NCBI GenBank assembly: GCA_965261545.1 | Contig: CBDHDF010000011.1 | Location: forward strand, 544,001-608,000 | DNA: 64,000 nt | Direction: 5' to 3' | DNA from: Bdellovibrionales bacterium | Lineage (GTDB): Bacteria > Bdellovibrionota > Bdellovibrionia > Bdellovibrionales > UBA1609 | In this document: piece by piece, positions 1 to 9,752 of the stretch | How the letters are laid out: each line of letters begins with the position of its first letter | Numbering within the stretch: the first letter of the stretch is position 1 | Program-made: the position numbers and the translations under genes | The notes under the pieces: generated by a model | What the model was told of the DNA's origin: nothing | The model's input: the letters and a program-made list of their open reading frames with translations, nothing else | Databases searched by the model: none

Positions 1-482
1 ATTGAGGGGGTGGTCATTCATCTCTATAAGTATAAAAACCCAAAGACTGGGGAGTTCTCTGTTTTGGCCACTAATCTTCCGCATGGCTCCTTGGACAAGA
101 AGGATATGGTTGCTCTTTACTCTCGTCGTTGGGAAATAGAAACGACATTTCGTGATTTTACATCGACAATGAAAATGGAGCAGTGGCACTCAACAAGCCT
201 TAATGGAATATTGCAAGAGCTGTATTCTTATTTTTGGCTCTTCAATTATACAAAGATTCAAATGAGCATAAATGAGGATGAAGACAGTGTGAATCAGTTG
301 GTAAAAAATGACTACAAAAAACCTAACTTTAAACTGATTCTTGATTTCATAATGTACAATTGCGCGTATTGCCCGCACTGGTTGCACCCATTACCCTCAC
401 TTTCCCTATTTCAATGCGTCATTGATGATTTTCCTTCCCATTTCTGGGGAAAATTTTAGTTAATTTGTAATCCTATTTCTTC

Positions 483-1235
483 CTATTTTAGGGAAAAGTC
501 CTGGTCAAGTTTTGTTCCCTGGATTTTTCGATAACTCTCTCCTTTAAGTAAAATTTTTATGGCGGTATGCTTCAAACGGTCGATGATAGTATCTGCCAGC
601 ACCTCATCATCAATAATTTCTGACCAATGCGTTATTGGCAGTTGAGTGGTAATAACGGTGGACCTATCGGAACGAAACTTTAAAATATCGCAGAAGTCTG
701 TGGATTCACTTTGGGAGAACTTCCTTAATCCAAAGTCATCAAAAATTAACACTTGGGGGCGGCCCAGACGACGCAAGTAGTTCAAATACCTTCCTGAGTG
801 CCTTTCCAGGGCCAAGGTTTCTAGAAATATGTTGATGTCTATAAACAGTGTGGAGATTCTGGATTGACAACACTGGTGTCCCAGGCTCTGGGCCAAGAAG
901 GTTTTACCCACCCCCGTTGGCCCTTCGACAATGATAGACCTTTGCTCCTTAACCCATGATAAAGTTTGAAGCCTATCCACCTCTCTTTTACTAATAGACC
1001 TTTTGGCATGGTGGTCAAATGCCTCACCTCTGACCTTGTGAGGCAGCTTTGAGGTCTTGAGAAGTCTTTGGCTGAATTGGATTTTCCGAGCCTCCACTTC
1101 TGCAAATAACAGCTCGTTCAATAGATCCAATGCTTGAGTCTTGTGGCTTGTGTTATCCAGCGCCACTTCAAGGCTGTCTAACATTCCATAGAGCTTCAAC
1201 TCATGCATGTGGTTTTTGATTTGTACTTCATCCAT
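483..1235 (-). CDS. istB: IS21 helper ATPase IstB
   Basis: Walker A GPTGVGKT, Walker B LIFDDFG, C-terminal LADTIIDRL..GESYR; lies downstream of istA. Confidence 0.95.
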   Translation of the reverse strand: MDEVQIKNHMHELKLYGMLDSLEVALDNTSHKTQALDLLNELLFAEVEARKIQFSQRLLKTSKLPHKVRGEAFDHHAKRSISKREVDRLQTLSWVKEQRSIIVEGPTGVGKTFLAQSLGHQCCQSRISTLFIDINIFLETLALERHSGRYLNYLRRLGRPQVLIFDDFGLRKFSQSESTDFCDILKFRSDRSTVITTQLPITHWSEIIDDEVLADTIIDRLKHTAIKILLKGESYRKIQGTKLDQDFSLK

Positions 1236-2749
1236 CTGGCACCTCCTTGGGGCTTTGGTTATTTGGATTTTCGTTATGTCGCAAATAAGGGTTGCCTTGT
1301 TTACGATCTATTTTCTCGTTCACCTTTTTTATTTTTTGCCCTTTATAGAAATGGAGTTGTTGCTGAAAATATCTAACCCTCCTTTTCTCCCACTGCTTGC
1401 AGTCCTCAAGGGCTTTGATAATGAGAGGAAGGACTTTTCCTTGCCCTCTTTCTGGATTTCTTTGTGACAGGAGCTTACAAAGCCCTAGCTCTTCTGAGAT
1501 TTTCAATGGTCCCACCCTGAAAAAGCTCCTCAATGAAGTTTTCAAGCTCTTTACAAATCATACTTGCTTGAATAAGAATGTTCTGGGGAGTGGCCTCCTT
1601 GTAGGCGCGACTGGGCTCCGGGAGGTGTTCGTTTTTGGTGATGTACTCTCCGAGTTTACCTTTGGTCCTCTTGTGGCGAGCGAGGAGCTGTTTTTGAAAG
1701 TAAATCTCCACACTCTCCACTCCAATTTTTACATCTACATACTCCCCTCGGTGCTGAAACGGAGCCGAGTAGAAGTTGGATTCAACGCTCACATGACAGT
1801 CTTGGTGGAGTTTTTTCTTCTCCCAACGTCCCCACCGGTAGGGAAAAGAAGGCAAGGGTTTTAAAGTTTTTACCTCTCGTTGAAATTTTTCATTGCGAGA
1901 GACCTTAAATCTTGTGTGAGGGCGAGCATTTATCTTCTCGCACACCTCCCTTAAAGCCTTATTAATTTGATCCAGACTGGTGAAGGTCTCTCGTCTGTAC
2001 ATAAACCTGAGGGCCCTTGTAACGAGCTTCACGGCATTCTCAGTAAGGCTTTTATCCTGGGGACGACGAACTCGAGCGGGAACAGCCACCGTGTCATAGT
2101 GTTCCAAAAGCTCTTGGTAGGATTTATTCAACTCTGGATCATACAAATGGGGTGTGTTCACTCCAGTCTTTAAATTATCAGGAACAACCACTCTCGGAAC
2201 CCCACCGTAATATTCAAACATCAGAACGTGAGCGTGAAGAAAATCTTCACTAGATTCGCTCAAAGAGCCATAAGCAAAAATACGCTGAGAGAAACATAGA
2301 TTTGAGCAAAATATATGGGCCTTATGAATATTAAGGTCTTCATCGATCCACTCTGGCTGAAATCCTGCGTAATCAACCTCAACTTGGTGGCCTGGCTGAA
2401 AATCACGCAAGGTAATAATCCTTTTGCCAGCTTTTGGAAATTGCTTATGAAACTCCCTCGTAAACTGGGGGTAGCTAATGACCTTCAGAAATTTTTCCTC
2501 CCAAACGTCACTTAAACAATGCCTATCCTCAATCTCCTTCTCAATAATCTTCCAATCTATACCGTAAGACCAAGGGGGAATTTCTCTTTGGGTCTTCCAA
2601 TCCTTGGGGTCTGTTAAAAGACCACGTCTTATCTTTCTAAGAGTCTTGGTGCAGCATTTCATGCGGCGACTGATTTCTCGGTCGGGAATATTTGCCTTTA
2701 TTAATGATTTTATTTTTGTGTAACGCTCATGATCCATCTTTGTTCTCAT
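1228..2749 (-). pseudogene. istA: IS21 transposase IstA with frameshifted C-terminus
   Basis: rve/DDE motifs (VEVDYAG, VVPDNLKTGV, RPQDKSLTE). ATG at 2749 follows AGGAGG. Main frame stops at 1475; residual coding in another frame runs to 1228 and overlaps the istB start. Confidence 0.8.
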
Positions 2750-3545
2750 TTCGACCTCCTTGGTTAAAGATTGGAGGTCTTTATAGAACATCAATGACGC
2801 TATGCTAAGGGGAATCAGTCATGCCAATCAGTGCGGGCAATGCCATGGTTCGCCGGGCGAACTGAGATAAGATAGGGGGTTAGAGTCCCCCGAGAGGAAG
2901 GTCAACCGACCACTTCTCTCCCCAAGCCGTGCGCTGTCGGCCGTGAGGCCGAAGCGATGTATCGGTAGGGGTGTGTGTGGGCCAAATAATTGAGCGTCGA
3001 AAATGCCGAACTCTGGAGTGCGGAGGCTGTCATGGTAGCCGAACGCAACATACCCACCAGCGCTATGGTGAGTTGGTGGGTGACTCCACGGCGTCGTAGA
3101 AACTGGCACATACATGAATCTTATCTCGGGACCTCGGGAGGTCTTTATTTAACCCCGTCATGTGCGACGGGCGACATGGGAAAGGAGGTAACCGTAACCC
3201 ATGAACGAAATAAAGAAATCGGATCCACTCATAGTAGCGATGAAGAGGACGAACAAAGGGCCTACAAGCCCAGCGGAGTCCTTGGAGCGAAGGGGTGGAA
3301 CTGAAGGGAACTCAATCCGTCAAAGCATCTGCCGAACACAGAGTTGGGAAAAGGTGTCACAGGCGACGGAGCGAGTCCGTATAGCAGCAAAGAGAAAGGA
3401 TGGTAAGCTCACTTGCTTGCTTCACCATGTATCTGTGGAAGCCCTCCACTTGGCTTACCTCTATTTGAATAGGGGAGCCAGTGCGGGAGTGGACCATTTA
3501 ACATGGAAGGAGTATGGCGAGAACCTCGTGCAAAACCTGTTCGAT

Positions 3546-5180
3546 TTACATCGTCGGGTCCACACTACTCCCCGGACACAATGGCAAACTTTTGGAGGTT
3601 GGCACAACGTGTCGAACTACAATTTCACTTGCCTTAATGTTCACCTCAACCTCCTTCACCAGTAGCCTTACAATCTCCTTTTTTTGCTCAAAACTCAATA
3701 CCTTTAAATTGGCACTCACTTTTTTTTGGAATTCTTGGAGTTGATCTACAAGCTGTAGTTGTTGTCCTTCTTGCCTTTGCTCATACTCTAAAGATTGCTT
3801 TTCATTTTCAAGTTGCTTTATTTTTCCTCTTATTTTTTTTAATCGTGACTCTATTTCTGATAGATTTAGAGTTCCATTTTGATAAAGATCCAAGAGACGT
3901 TCCTTTTCATGTGTTATTTGACGAATCTCCTGAGCCTTTTTTACAATTAATTTTTCCAATGATTGTTGTTCACCTTTTTGCTCATGAATTCTACTTGTAT
4001 ACTCATCTATAACTGTCTGAGGATTTTCAAGTAATTTAACTGTTTGTTCCCAAACTAAGTCATCTAAAACTTCAACTCTTACGGGATGAGATGAGCAAAC
4101 TCTACCTTTAGCTGGCCACCTATAACCATCTTGTCCCATGCAGCGATAATAACAAAGCTTATACCTTGAGTGAGAAGCAGGTTTGCCATAGATCGAATAA
4201 CCACACTCTTTGCATCGTAAAAGACCACTTAACAAATACTCATATTTTTTATTATTCCGAGAGGAAAGTTTTTTGTTAGCTTCCAATTGGCTGGACGCAT
4301 CTTGAAAAGTTTTTGAAGAAATTATAGATGGAACGGGAATATATATCCAATCCTTTTTATTTCGATTGGAAGAACTTGATTTATGTTTTTTTGGATAAAA
4401 ATTATTGTCTCTTGCGAACTTGGTTGGACGCAACCTTTCTACCTTGATAGTCTTTCTAAAAGCAGCTTGTCCATAATAAGCGGGATTTTTAAGCATACAC
4501 AAGATAGTTGAACGCCCCCAAATACCTTGTTGTCTTCTAGTAGGCACCCCCCTTATATTTAATTCCTTTGCAATTGCTCTAATACTTAGTTTGTTTCGGC
4601 AATACATTTGAAAAATATTTTTAACAACTTTAGACTCTTCTGGATGGATTTCATATCGTGCGTCAGCGGAGTCTGTTTTCAGAATATATATATAACCATA
4701 GGGGGCTCCACATAAAACGCTAACAAAGCCCTTAGAAGCCTTTTGAAGTTTACCCCTTCGACTTCTTTCCATAATTTTTTCTCTTTCATATTCTGAAATG
4801 ACTCCTTGTATTTGTAGCAAAAGCTGATCTTCGGGTGAATTTGTAATATCTCTATTAGAAAAAATAATTTCAACACCTAGCCTCTGAAATTCTTCAATTA
4901 GAATCAATTGATGGGCATATTTACGAGCTAATCTGTCTGGACATAACACAAGTACCTTTGTAACCTCCCCAGAAAAAGCTTTGTCGCGAAGAGAGTCTAA
5001 AGCAGGACGAACAAGGGTGGCGCCACTCACACCATTATCCATAAATATAAGATCCTCCTCTACACAAAAATTGTGTTCCTTAGCGAAATCGTGAAGACTA
5101 GAAATCTGTGAATCAATGGTTCCCTCTTGAGCTTGTTTATCTGAGGACACTCGACAATAAAGAGCTACTGATGTTTCCAT
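3546..5180 (-). CDS. Large serine recombinase (resolvase + recombinase + zinc ribbon + coiled coil)
   Basis: YCRVSS catalytic motif, DRLAR, EYEREKIMER, PYGY, LLSGLLRCKECG, YYRC. The stop codon lies outside the element, in intron DNA. Confidence 0.95.
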   Translation of the reverse strand: METSVALYCRVSSDKQAQEGTIDSQISSLHDFAKEHNFCVEEDLIFMDNGVSGATLVRPALDSLRDKAFSGEVTKVLVLCPDRLARKYAHQLILIEEFQRLGVEIIFSNRDITNSPEDQLLLQIQGVISEYEREKIMERSRRGKLQKASKGFVSVLCGAPYGYIYILKTDSADARYEIHPEESKVVKNIFQMYCRNKLSIRAIAKELNIRGVPTRRQQGIWGRSTILCMLKNPAYYGQAAFRKTIKVERLRPTKFARDNNFYPKKHKSSSSNRNKKDWIYIPVPSIISSKTFQDASSQLEANKKLSSRNNKKYEYLLSGLLRCKECGYSIYGKPASHSRYKLCYYRCMGQDGYRWPAKGRVCSSHPVRVEVLDDLVWEQTVKLLENPQTVIDEYTSRIHEQKGEQQSLEKLIVKKAQEIRQITHEKERLLDLYQNGTLNLSEIESRLKKIRGKIKQLENEKQSLEYEQRQEGQQLQLVDQLQEFQKKVSANLKVLSFEQKKEIVRLLVKEVEVNIKASEIVVRHVVPTSKSLPLCPGSSVDPTM

Positions 5181-5505
5181 TTTTAACCTCCATTATTTTC
5201 TGTTGTTTTACTTTCTGCTTTAATTGTTTCTTTATTTTTGGAACAACAACTTCGTATGTCTGTTGAATCCGTGTGGTTTGGTCGCTTTGATAGACACTTT
5301 TTAGCTGAGCTGTCCATGGATTTTGATGTTTTGTTTGGTGGGCCATTATCATTCCTTTGACTATGGTTCGAAGCTAAATGGGAAGAATCCTCAGGTGGAT
5401 GCCAACGATAGTGAGCATATTTACGACCACTTGCATAAAGTGAATGATTATATATATTTATGGAAATTTCAATGGAAAAGTTGTCTATTGTGTCCGAGGA
5501 GTAAC
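3564..5505 (-). mobile_element. Minimal large-serine-recombinase integrative element (1,940 bp)
   Basis: AC core at 3564-3565 and 5504-5505. 28-bp inverted arms (TACTCCCCGGACACAATGGCAAACTTTT / reverse complement TACTCCTCGGACACAATAGACAACTTTT). Precise removal restores the RT frame. More AT-rich than the host intron. Confidence 0.92.
5137..5352 (-). CDS. Small hypothetical protein overlapping the LSR start
   Basis: 71-aa ORF overlapping the LSR ATG, an arrangement consistent with translational coupling. It resembles from memory small ORFs found upstream of similar recombinases; not verified. Confidence 0.5.
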   Translation of the reverse strand: MIMAHQTKHQNPWTAQLKSVYQSDQTTRIQQTYEVVVPKIKKQLKQKVKQQKIMEVKNGNISSSLLSSVLR

Positions 5506-6697
5506 GGGTGCTTACAAAGGGCAACCTGTCTTGCGGGTAGAAATACCCAAGTCAGACGGGGGCACAAGACCCTTGGGTGTCCTGGCCTTGGAGGACAAGA
5601 TTGTCCAGAAGGCCGTTGTAGACAGCATCCTCTCTCCCATCTACGAGGAACATTTCCTCGGTTATAGCTACGGATTCCGTCCAGGGCGTGGAGCGCATAA
5701 TGCGTTGGATGCTCTGGCTTACGGAATAGAGCGTAGAAAGATCAGCTACATATTGGATGCGGATATAAAATCCTACTTCGATAGCGTGGATAGAAAGACT
5801 CTAATTCGCTTTCTAAAACACCTCATCGGAGATGAGAGACTCATTCGTCTCTTTGAAAAGTGGCTCAAGTGCGGAGTGCTATCTCAAGGCGTCTTAGAAG
5901 ACACAGGGAGAGGGACCGTTCAAGGTTCAAATATTTCCCCTATCTTCGCCAACATATATTTACATTATGTGTTGGATTTATGGATGCAGAAATGGCGCAA
6001 GGACCATGCCACAGGGGACATGATATTTGTTCGCTACGCCGATGACTTTGTCGTAGGCTTTCAATACAAGGGGGAAGCTGAACGCTTCCTCAATGATCTG
6101 AAGCGCAGGCTTAAGGAGTTTTCTCTAGAAATACATCCGGGGAAAACTCGCCTCATAGAGTTCGGTCGATTTGCAAATGCAAATTGCCGCCGACGAGGTC
6201 TTGGTCACTCCGAGACTTTTGATTTCTTAGGATTCACTCACTTTTGTGTGCGCACGAGGAAAGGAGGCTTTAGGATAGGGCGTAAACCCATATCCAAGAG
6301 AGTCTGCCGGACCTTACAGCACCTGAAGCTGAGTCTGAGAAAACGAGTCTACACGAGGGACCTAGCGGAATGTGCAAAGTGGTTGGGTTTGGTCATCAAA
6401 GGCTGGCTCAATTATTTTGCGGTTCCAGGAAGTACGGTGTACCTACGAAAATTTATTTGCGCAATCAGGAGTGCTTGGATGAAAGCCATCCGACGACGCT
6501 CACAGCGTGGACGGAGATTCTCGTGGAAGAGGTTGGATAGAATGATTCGTCTATTCTGGCCTCGTATATCCATACGCCACCCGTGGCCAACAGATAGGTT
6601 CGCTATGCGGTACCACCTGAAGTAGGAGCCGGATGCTTTAACGAGCACGTCCGGATCTGTGCGGGGGGTGCGTGGCAACACGCATTCCTACCGTAAC

Positions 6698-6835
6698 CAA
6701 CTGGTGCGGGCAATGCCATGCAACTGGTGCGGGCAATGCCATGCAACTGGTGAGGGTAATGCCATGCAACTGGTGAGGGTAATGCCATGCAACTGGTGAG
6801 GGTAATGTCATGCAATCGGTGAGGGCAATGCCATG
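6698..6835 (+). repeat. Six tandem 23-bp IS21 terminal repeats (consensus CAACTGGTG[AC]GGG[CT]AATGCCATG); a seventh unit at 2825-2847
   Basis: Read directly. Units abut with no spacers, lie against the IS21 end and resemble the opposite end (353-400). Confidence 0.95.
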
Positions 6836-7053
6836 CAATTTTACATTCATAATGGATAGCATCCCCCTTTTTGTTGCGGGGCTCTATCAGAAATTTAGGA
6901 AGCAGATAAAGTTGCTGATGAAGATTTCAATGGAGAAGAGGAGGCACTTCAAAAGAAGCTATGAAAGGTCTATCAAAAGGGCTGGGAGTTCTTTTAAAAG
7001 AAATAGCTTAACGCAGAGGCAGAGGGGTGTGGTGGCTTAAGGAAACGGCATTG

Positions 7054-7154
7054 GTTCCTTGCCTATTGTCTTGATATCCATTTTGCCTTCTCCTTTCAGG
7101 ATGATAGTTCATCCTAATATGATTCGGCAGTTACACAAAATAGTTTACAGGCTC
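7054..7154 (-). mobile_element. Left-end fragment of an IS256 copy into which IS-A copy 1 inserted
   Basis: Near-identical to 10026-10126 and 25844-25944. Contains IRL and the first codons MDIKTIGKE. Confidence 0.9.
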
Positions 7155-8335
7155 CAAAAAAATGGAAATTCCAATCTCATCAAAGGGTTCATGTGTTTAG
7201 GTTCCCATACTATATTACCCCCTTTTTTTATTTTTTTTAACTTGGGATATTCGAGAAATACCAGCATTGGGATGAAATATGAAAAAAAATGGAAACCCAA
7301 GTCTGCACCAAGAGGGCATGTATTTAGGTTCCCATACTATATTACCCTAACCATAGTCTCGTATTCCAGCATTTCTCAACGCCTTAGAGCCCTCTTATAA
7401 GGGGACCTTATTTATTAAAAAACTTAGTTGTCAAAACGGTCACCGTATTCAATGGCAAACCTGTTCATGGCTGGCTTCCAGTTGTGTAATGGTCGTGTCC
7501 ATCGCTTAGAGGCCATTTTTATCGCTAAATATACAACTTTTAAAGCCGACCGATCACTGGGAAATATCTTACGATTTCTGATCGCCTTGCGGATCACGCT
7601 ATTTAACGACTCTATGGCGTTTGTGGTATAAAAAATCTTTCTGATTTCATCCGGATAATCGAAAATAGTGATGAGATTGTCCCAATTCCTACGCCAAGAC
7701 TTTTCAATATTCGGATACTTTGAAGACCACTTGGTACAAAATTCCTCAAGGGCCTTTTCAGCTTCTGTCAGAGTCGTAGAGCCATAAATGGACTTGAGGT
7801 CTTGGGCGACAGCTTTCATATTCTTGGAAGGAACATAGCGAAGGGAATTGCGGACCATATGGACAATGCACAGTTGTACTTTAGACTTGGGAAAAGCCGC
7901 TGAAATGGCTTGAGGAAAACCTGTAAGACCATCTACAGAAAATATAAATACGTCTTTCAACCCTCGATTTTGCAGCTCAGTCAAAACACTCAACCAAAAC
8001 TTTGAACCCTCATTTTCAGAAATCCATAGGCCCAACAAGTCTTTCTGACCCTCCTCTGTAATACCAAGAGCTAGGTAAATCGCCTTATTAATAACTCTCT
8101 TGTCTTGATGGACCTTCACCACGATACAGTCCAAAAATACGATAGGGTAAGTGCTATCCAAGGGGCGGTTCTGCCAAGCCGTAACTTCATCAATAACAGC
8201 ATCCGTCACGTTGGCTATCACTGAGTGGGATATCTCTGCACCATGGTAAAGGTCTTTGATAGCTCCTTGAATATCCCTGGTCGTCATTCCCCTCGCATAG
8301 AGGGTCAGAATACTGTCTTCAAAGCCCTCAAGACG

Positions 8336-9752
8336 CAATGCCGTTTCCTTAAGCCACCACACCCCTCTGCCTCTGCGTTAAGCTATTTCTTTTAAAAGAA
8401 CTCCCAGCGCTTTTGATAGACCTTTCATAGCTTCTTTTGAAGTGCCTCCTCTTCTCCATTGAAATCTTCATCAGCAACTTTATCTGCTTCCTAAATTTCT
8501 GATAGAGCCCCGCAACAAAAAGAGGGATGCTATCCATTATGAAATCAAGAATCAGTTTAAAGTTAGGTTTTTTGTAGTCATTTTTTACCAACTGATTCAC
8601 ACTGTCTTCATCCTCATTTATGCTCATTTGAATCTTTGTATAATTGAAGAGCCAAAAATAAGAATACAGCTCTTGCAATATTCCATTAAGGCTTGTTGAG
8701 TGCCACTGCTCCATTTTCATTGTCGATGTAAAATCACGAAATGTCGTTTCTATTTCCCAACGACGAGAGTAAAGAGCAACCATATCCTTCTTGTCCAAGG
8801 AGCCATGCGGAAGATTAGTGGCCAAAACAGAGAACTCCCCAGTCTTTGGGTTTTTATACTTATAGAGATGAATGACCACCCCCTCAATAACCATTTGTGA
8901 ATACCAACCTGGGCCATTAAATAAATTTACGATGGGGATAAAAGTAGAGCCTCGCTTACAACGCGCAATAAAGAAGTTACTGGCTTGAGCATGGGCCTTA
9001 ATAATCTCTGTAGATAAATAAAGCCTATCGTAGAGAGTTATGCTATTACTCTCAAAACTACCTATCATTTGAATAGCATTGGCGATTTCGTTGAGAGCGG
9101 GAGAAAAGCAAAGATTCTTTGTCACACCCGATAAAACGTCATAAGCATGAGATAGATACATACGTAAGAAATGAGTTTCCATCTCATTTGGGCAAGGGTA
9201 CCCACAATAACCCTCCTTTAAAAGATCTTTAGAGCGAGGAAGTGCTAATTGGTCGCCATCTATGGCATAGATATAAAAACCATGAAACGTTTTTCTCAAT
9301 GGTTCGTAGTCTGTAATCAGAGATTCAAAGATATCTTTGAAAAATAGGTAAGAAATACTTTGACGTATCTTGCTGAGACTGCTTTTGACTGGCATGAGAA
9401 GCAGGTCACCAAAATGAGTCCATACCGTCTTAAGAGCGATTTGGTAGCCTTCGTAATTTGTTCCGGAAATAAGATAGATAATGGTAAAAAAGAAAATTTG
9501 AGGATTAAATTTTCGATTCCTTTTTTGTTTTTCTGGATCGACAAGGTGCTCTGGCTTGAAGGAAGAATCAAGTTTTGGTAGAATAAAATGGTCATCTGTG
9601 ACGCGAACTCGTCATTTGGGGGCTTTCGAGATCAATATTGGATTGCATGTGACTTACTCCTTGGTTGAGGGTTGGGTGTAAAATAAAACAAGTCTTATTC
9701 TTGTCGATTTATCTAATGATTTCAAGAGATTTTTCTTAAGGAAACGGCATTG
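8336..9752 (-). mobile_element. IS4-family IS-A copy 2, complete (1,417 bp)
   Basis: Perfect 18-bp IR CAATGCCGTTTCCTTAAG at both ends. 10-bp TSD CCTCAAGACG at 8326-8335 and 9753-9762. Confidence 0.96.
8349..9395 (-). CDS. IS4-family transposase (true N-terminus probably further upstream)
   Basis: AIDG, YDRLY and YSRRWEIETTFR motifs. The frame stays open upstream to about 9611. Confidence 0.9.
   Translation of the reverse strand: MPVKSSLSKIRQSISYLFFKDIFESLITDYEPLRKTFHGFYIYAIDGDQLALPRSKDLLKEGYCGYPCPNEMETHFLRMYLSHAYDVLSGVTKNLCFSPALNEIANAIQMIGSFESNSITLYDRLYLSTEIIKAHAQASNFFIARCKRGSTFIPIVNLFNGPGWYSQMVIEGVVIHLYKYKNPKTGEFSVLATNLPHGSLDKKDMVALYSRRWEIETTFRDFTSTMKMEQWHSTSLNGILQELYSYFWLFNYTKIQMSINEDEDSVNQLVKNDYKKPNFKLILDFIMDSIPLFVAGLYQKFRKQIKLLMKISMEKRRHFKRSYERSIKSAGSSFKRNSLTQRQRGVVA

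Larger units (their letters stand above)
3201..6625 (+). pseudogene. ltrA: Group II intron reverse transcriptase/maturase, split (3201-3565 + 5506-6625 rejoin to 494 aa, no endonuclease domain)
   Basis: Rejoined frame reads DLHRRVHT-GAYKGQPVLRVEIPK. RT motifs RPLG, YGFRPGR, QGSNISP, RYADD and FDFLGFTH, followed by an X domain. Confidence 0.93.
2848..6697 (+). mobile_element. Group II intron (IEP N-terminus resembles bacterial class E), ORF disrupted by an LSR element
   Basis: 5' end GTTCG at 2848. Domain V (GAGCCGGATGC...GTCCGGATCTG) follows the ORF stop; domain VI ends ...GTAAC at 6697. Removing it restores a continuous 23-bp repeat array with no TSD. Confidence 0.92.
353..6845 (-). mobile_element. 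IS21-family element IS21-a, carrying a nested group II intron
   Basis: TG...CA ends with imperfect IRs (TGTACAATTGC.. / reverse complement TGTAAAATTGC..). 7-bp TSD TTCATAA at 346-352 and 6846-6852. istA and istB inside. Confidence 0.93.
1..7053 (+). mobile_element. IS4-family element 'IS-A', copy 1 (5' part outside window), interrupted by IS21-a at 353-6845
   Basis: 1-352 and 6853-7053 match the intact copy at 8336-9752 (reverse complement). Ends in IR CTTAAGGAAACGGCATTG (7036-7053). Transposase pieces carry the IS4 YSRRWEIETTFR motif. Confidence 0.92.

Noticed and set aside
3546..5180. LSR as a prophage or ICE integrase
   Set aside because: Both att junctions are only 1.94 kb apart and enclose no phage or conjugation genes.
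5183..5524. 113-aa ORF as a stand-alone gene
   Set aside because: Its TTG start lies outside the element in antisense RT sequence; it makes sense only as the circle-form extension of the LSR.
3201..6625. RT as a retron, DGR or defence RT
   Set aside because: It has the group II intron N-terminus and X domain and is followed by domains V and VI.
6698..6835. 23-bp repeat array as a CRISPR array
   Set aside because: Units abut without spacers, there are no cas genes, and the repeats match the opposite IS21 end.
6603..6862. Repetitive minus-strand ORFs (HGIAL/PVAW repeats)
   Set aside because: They are translations of the 23-bp DNA repeat and intron domains V-VI.
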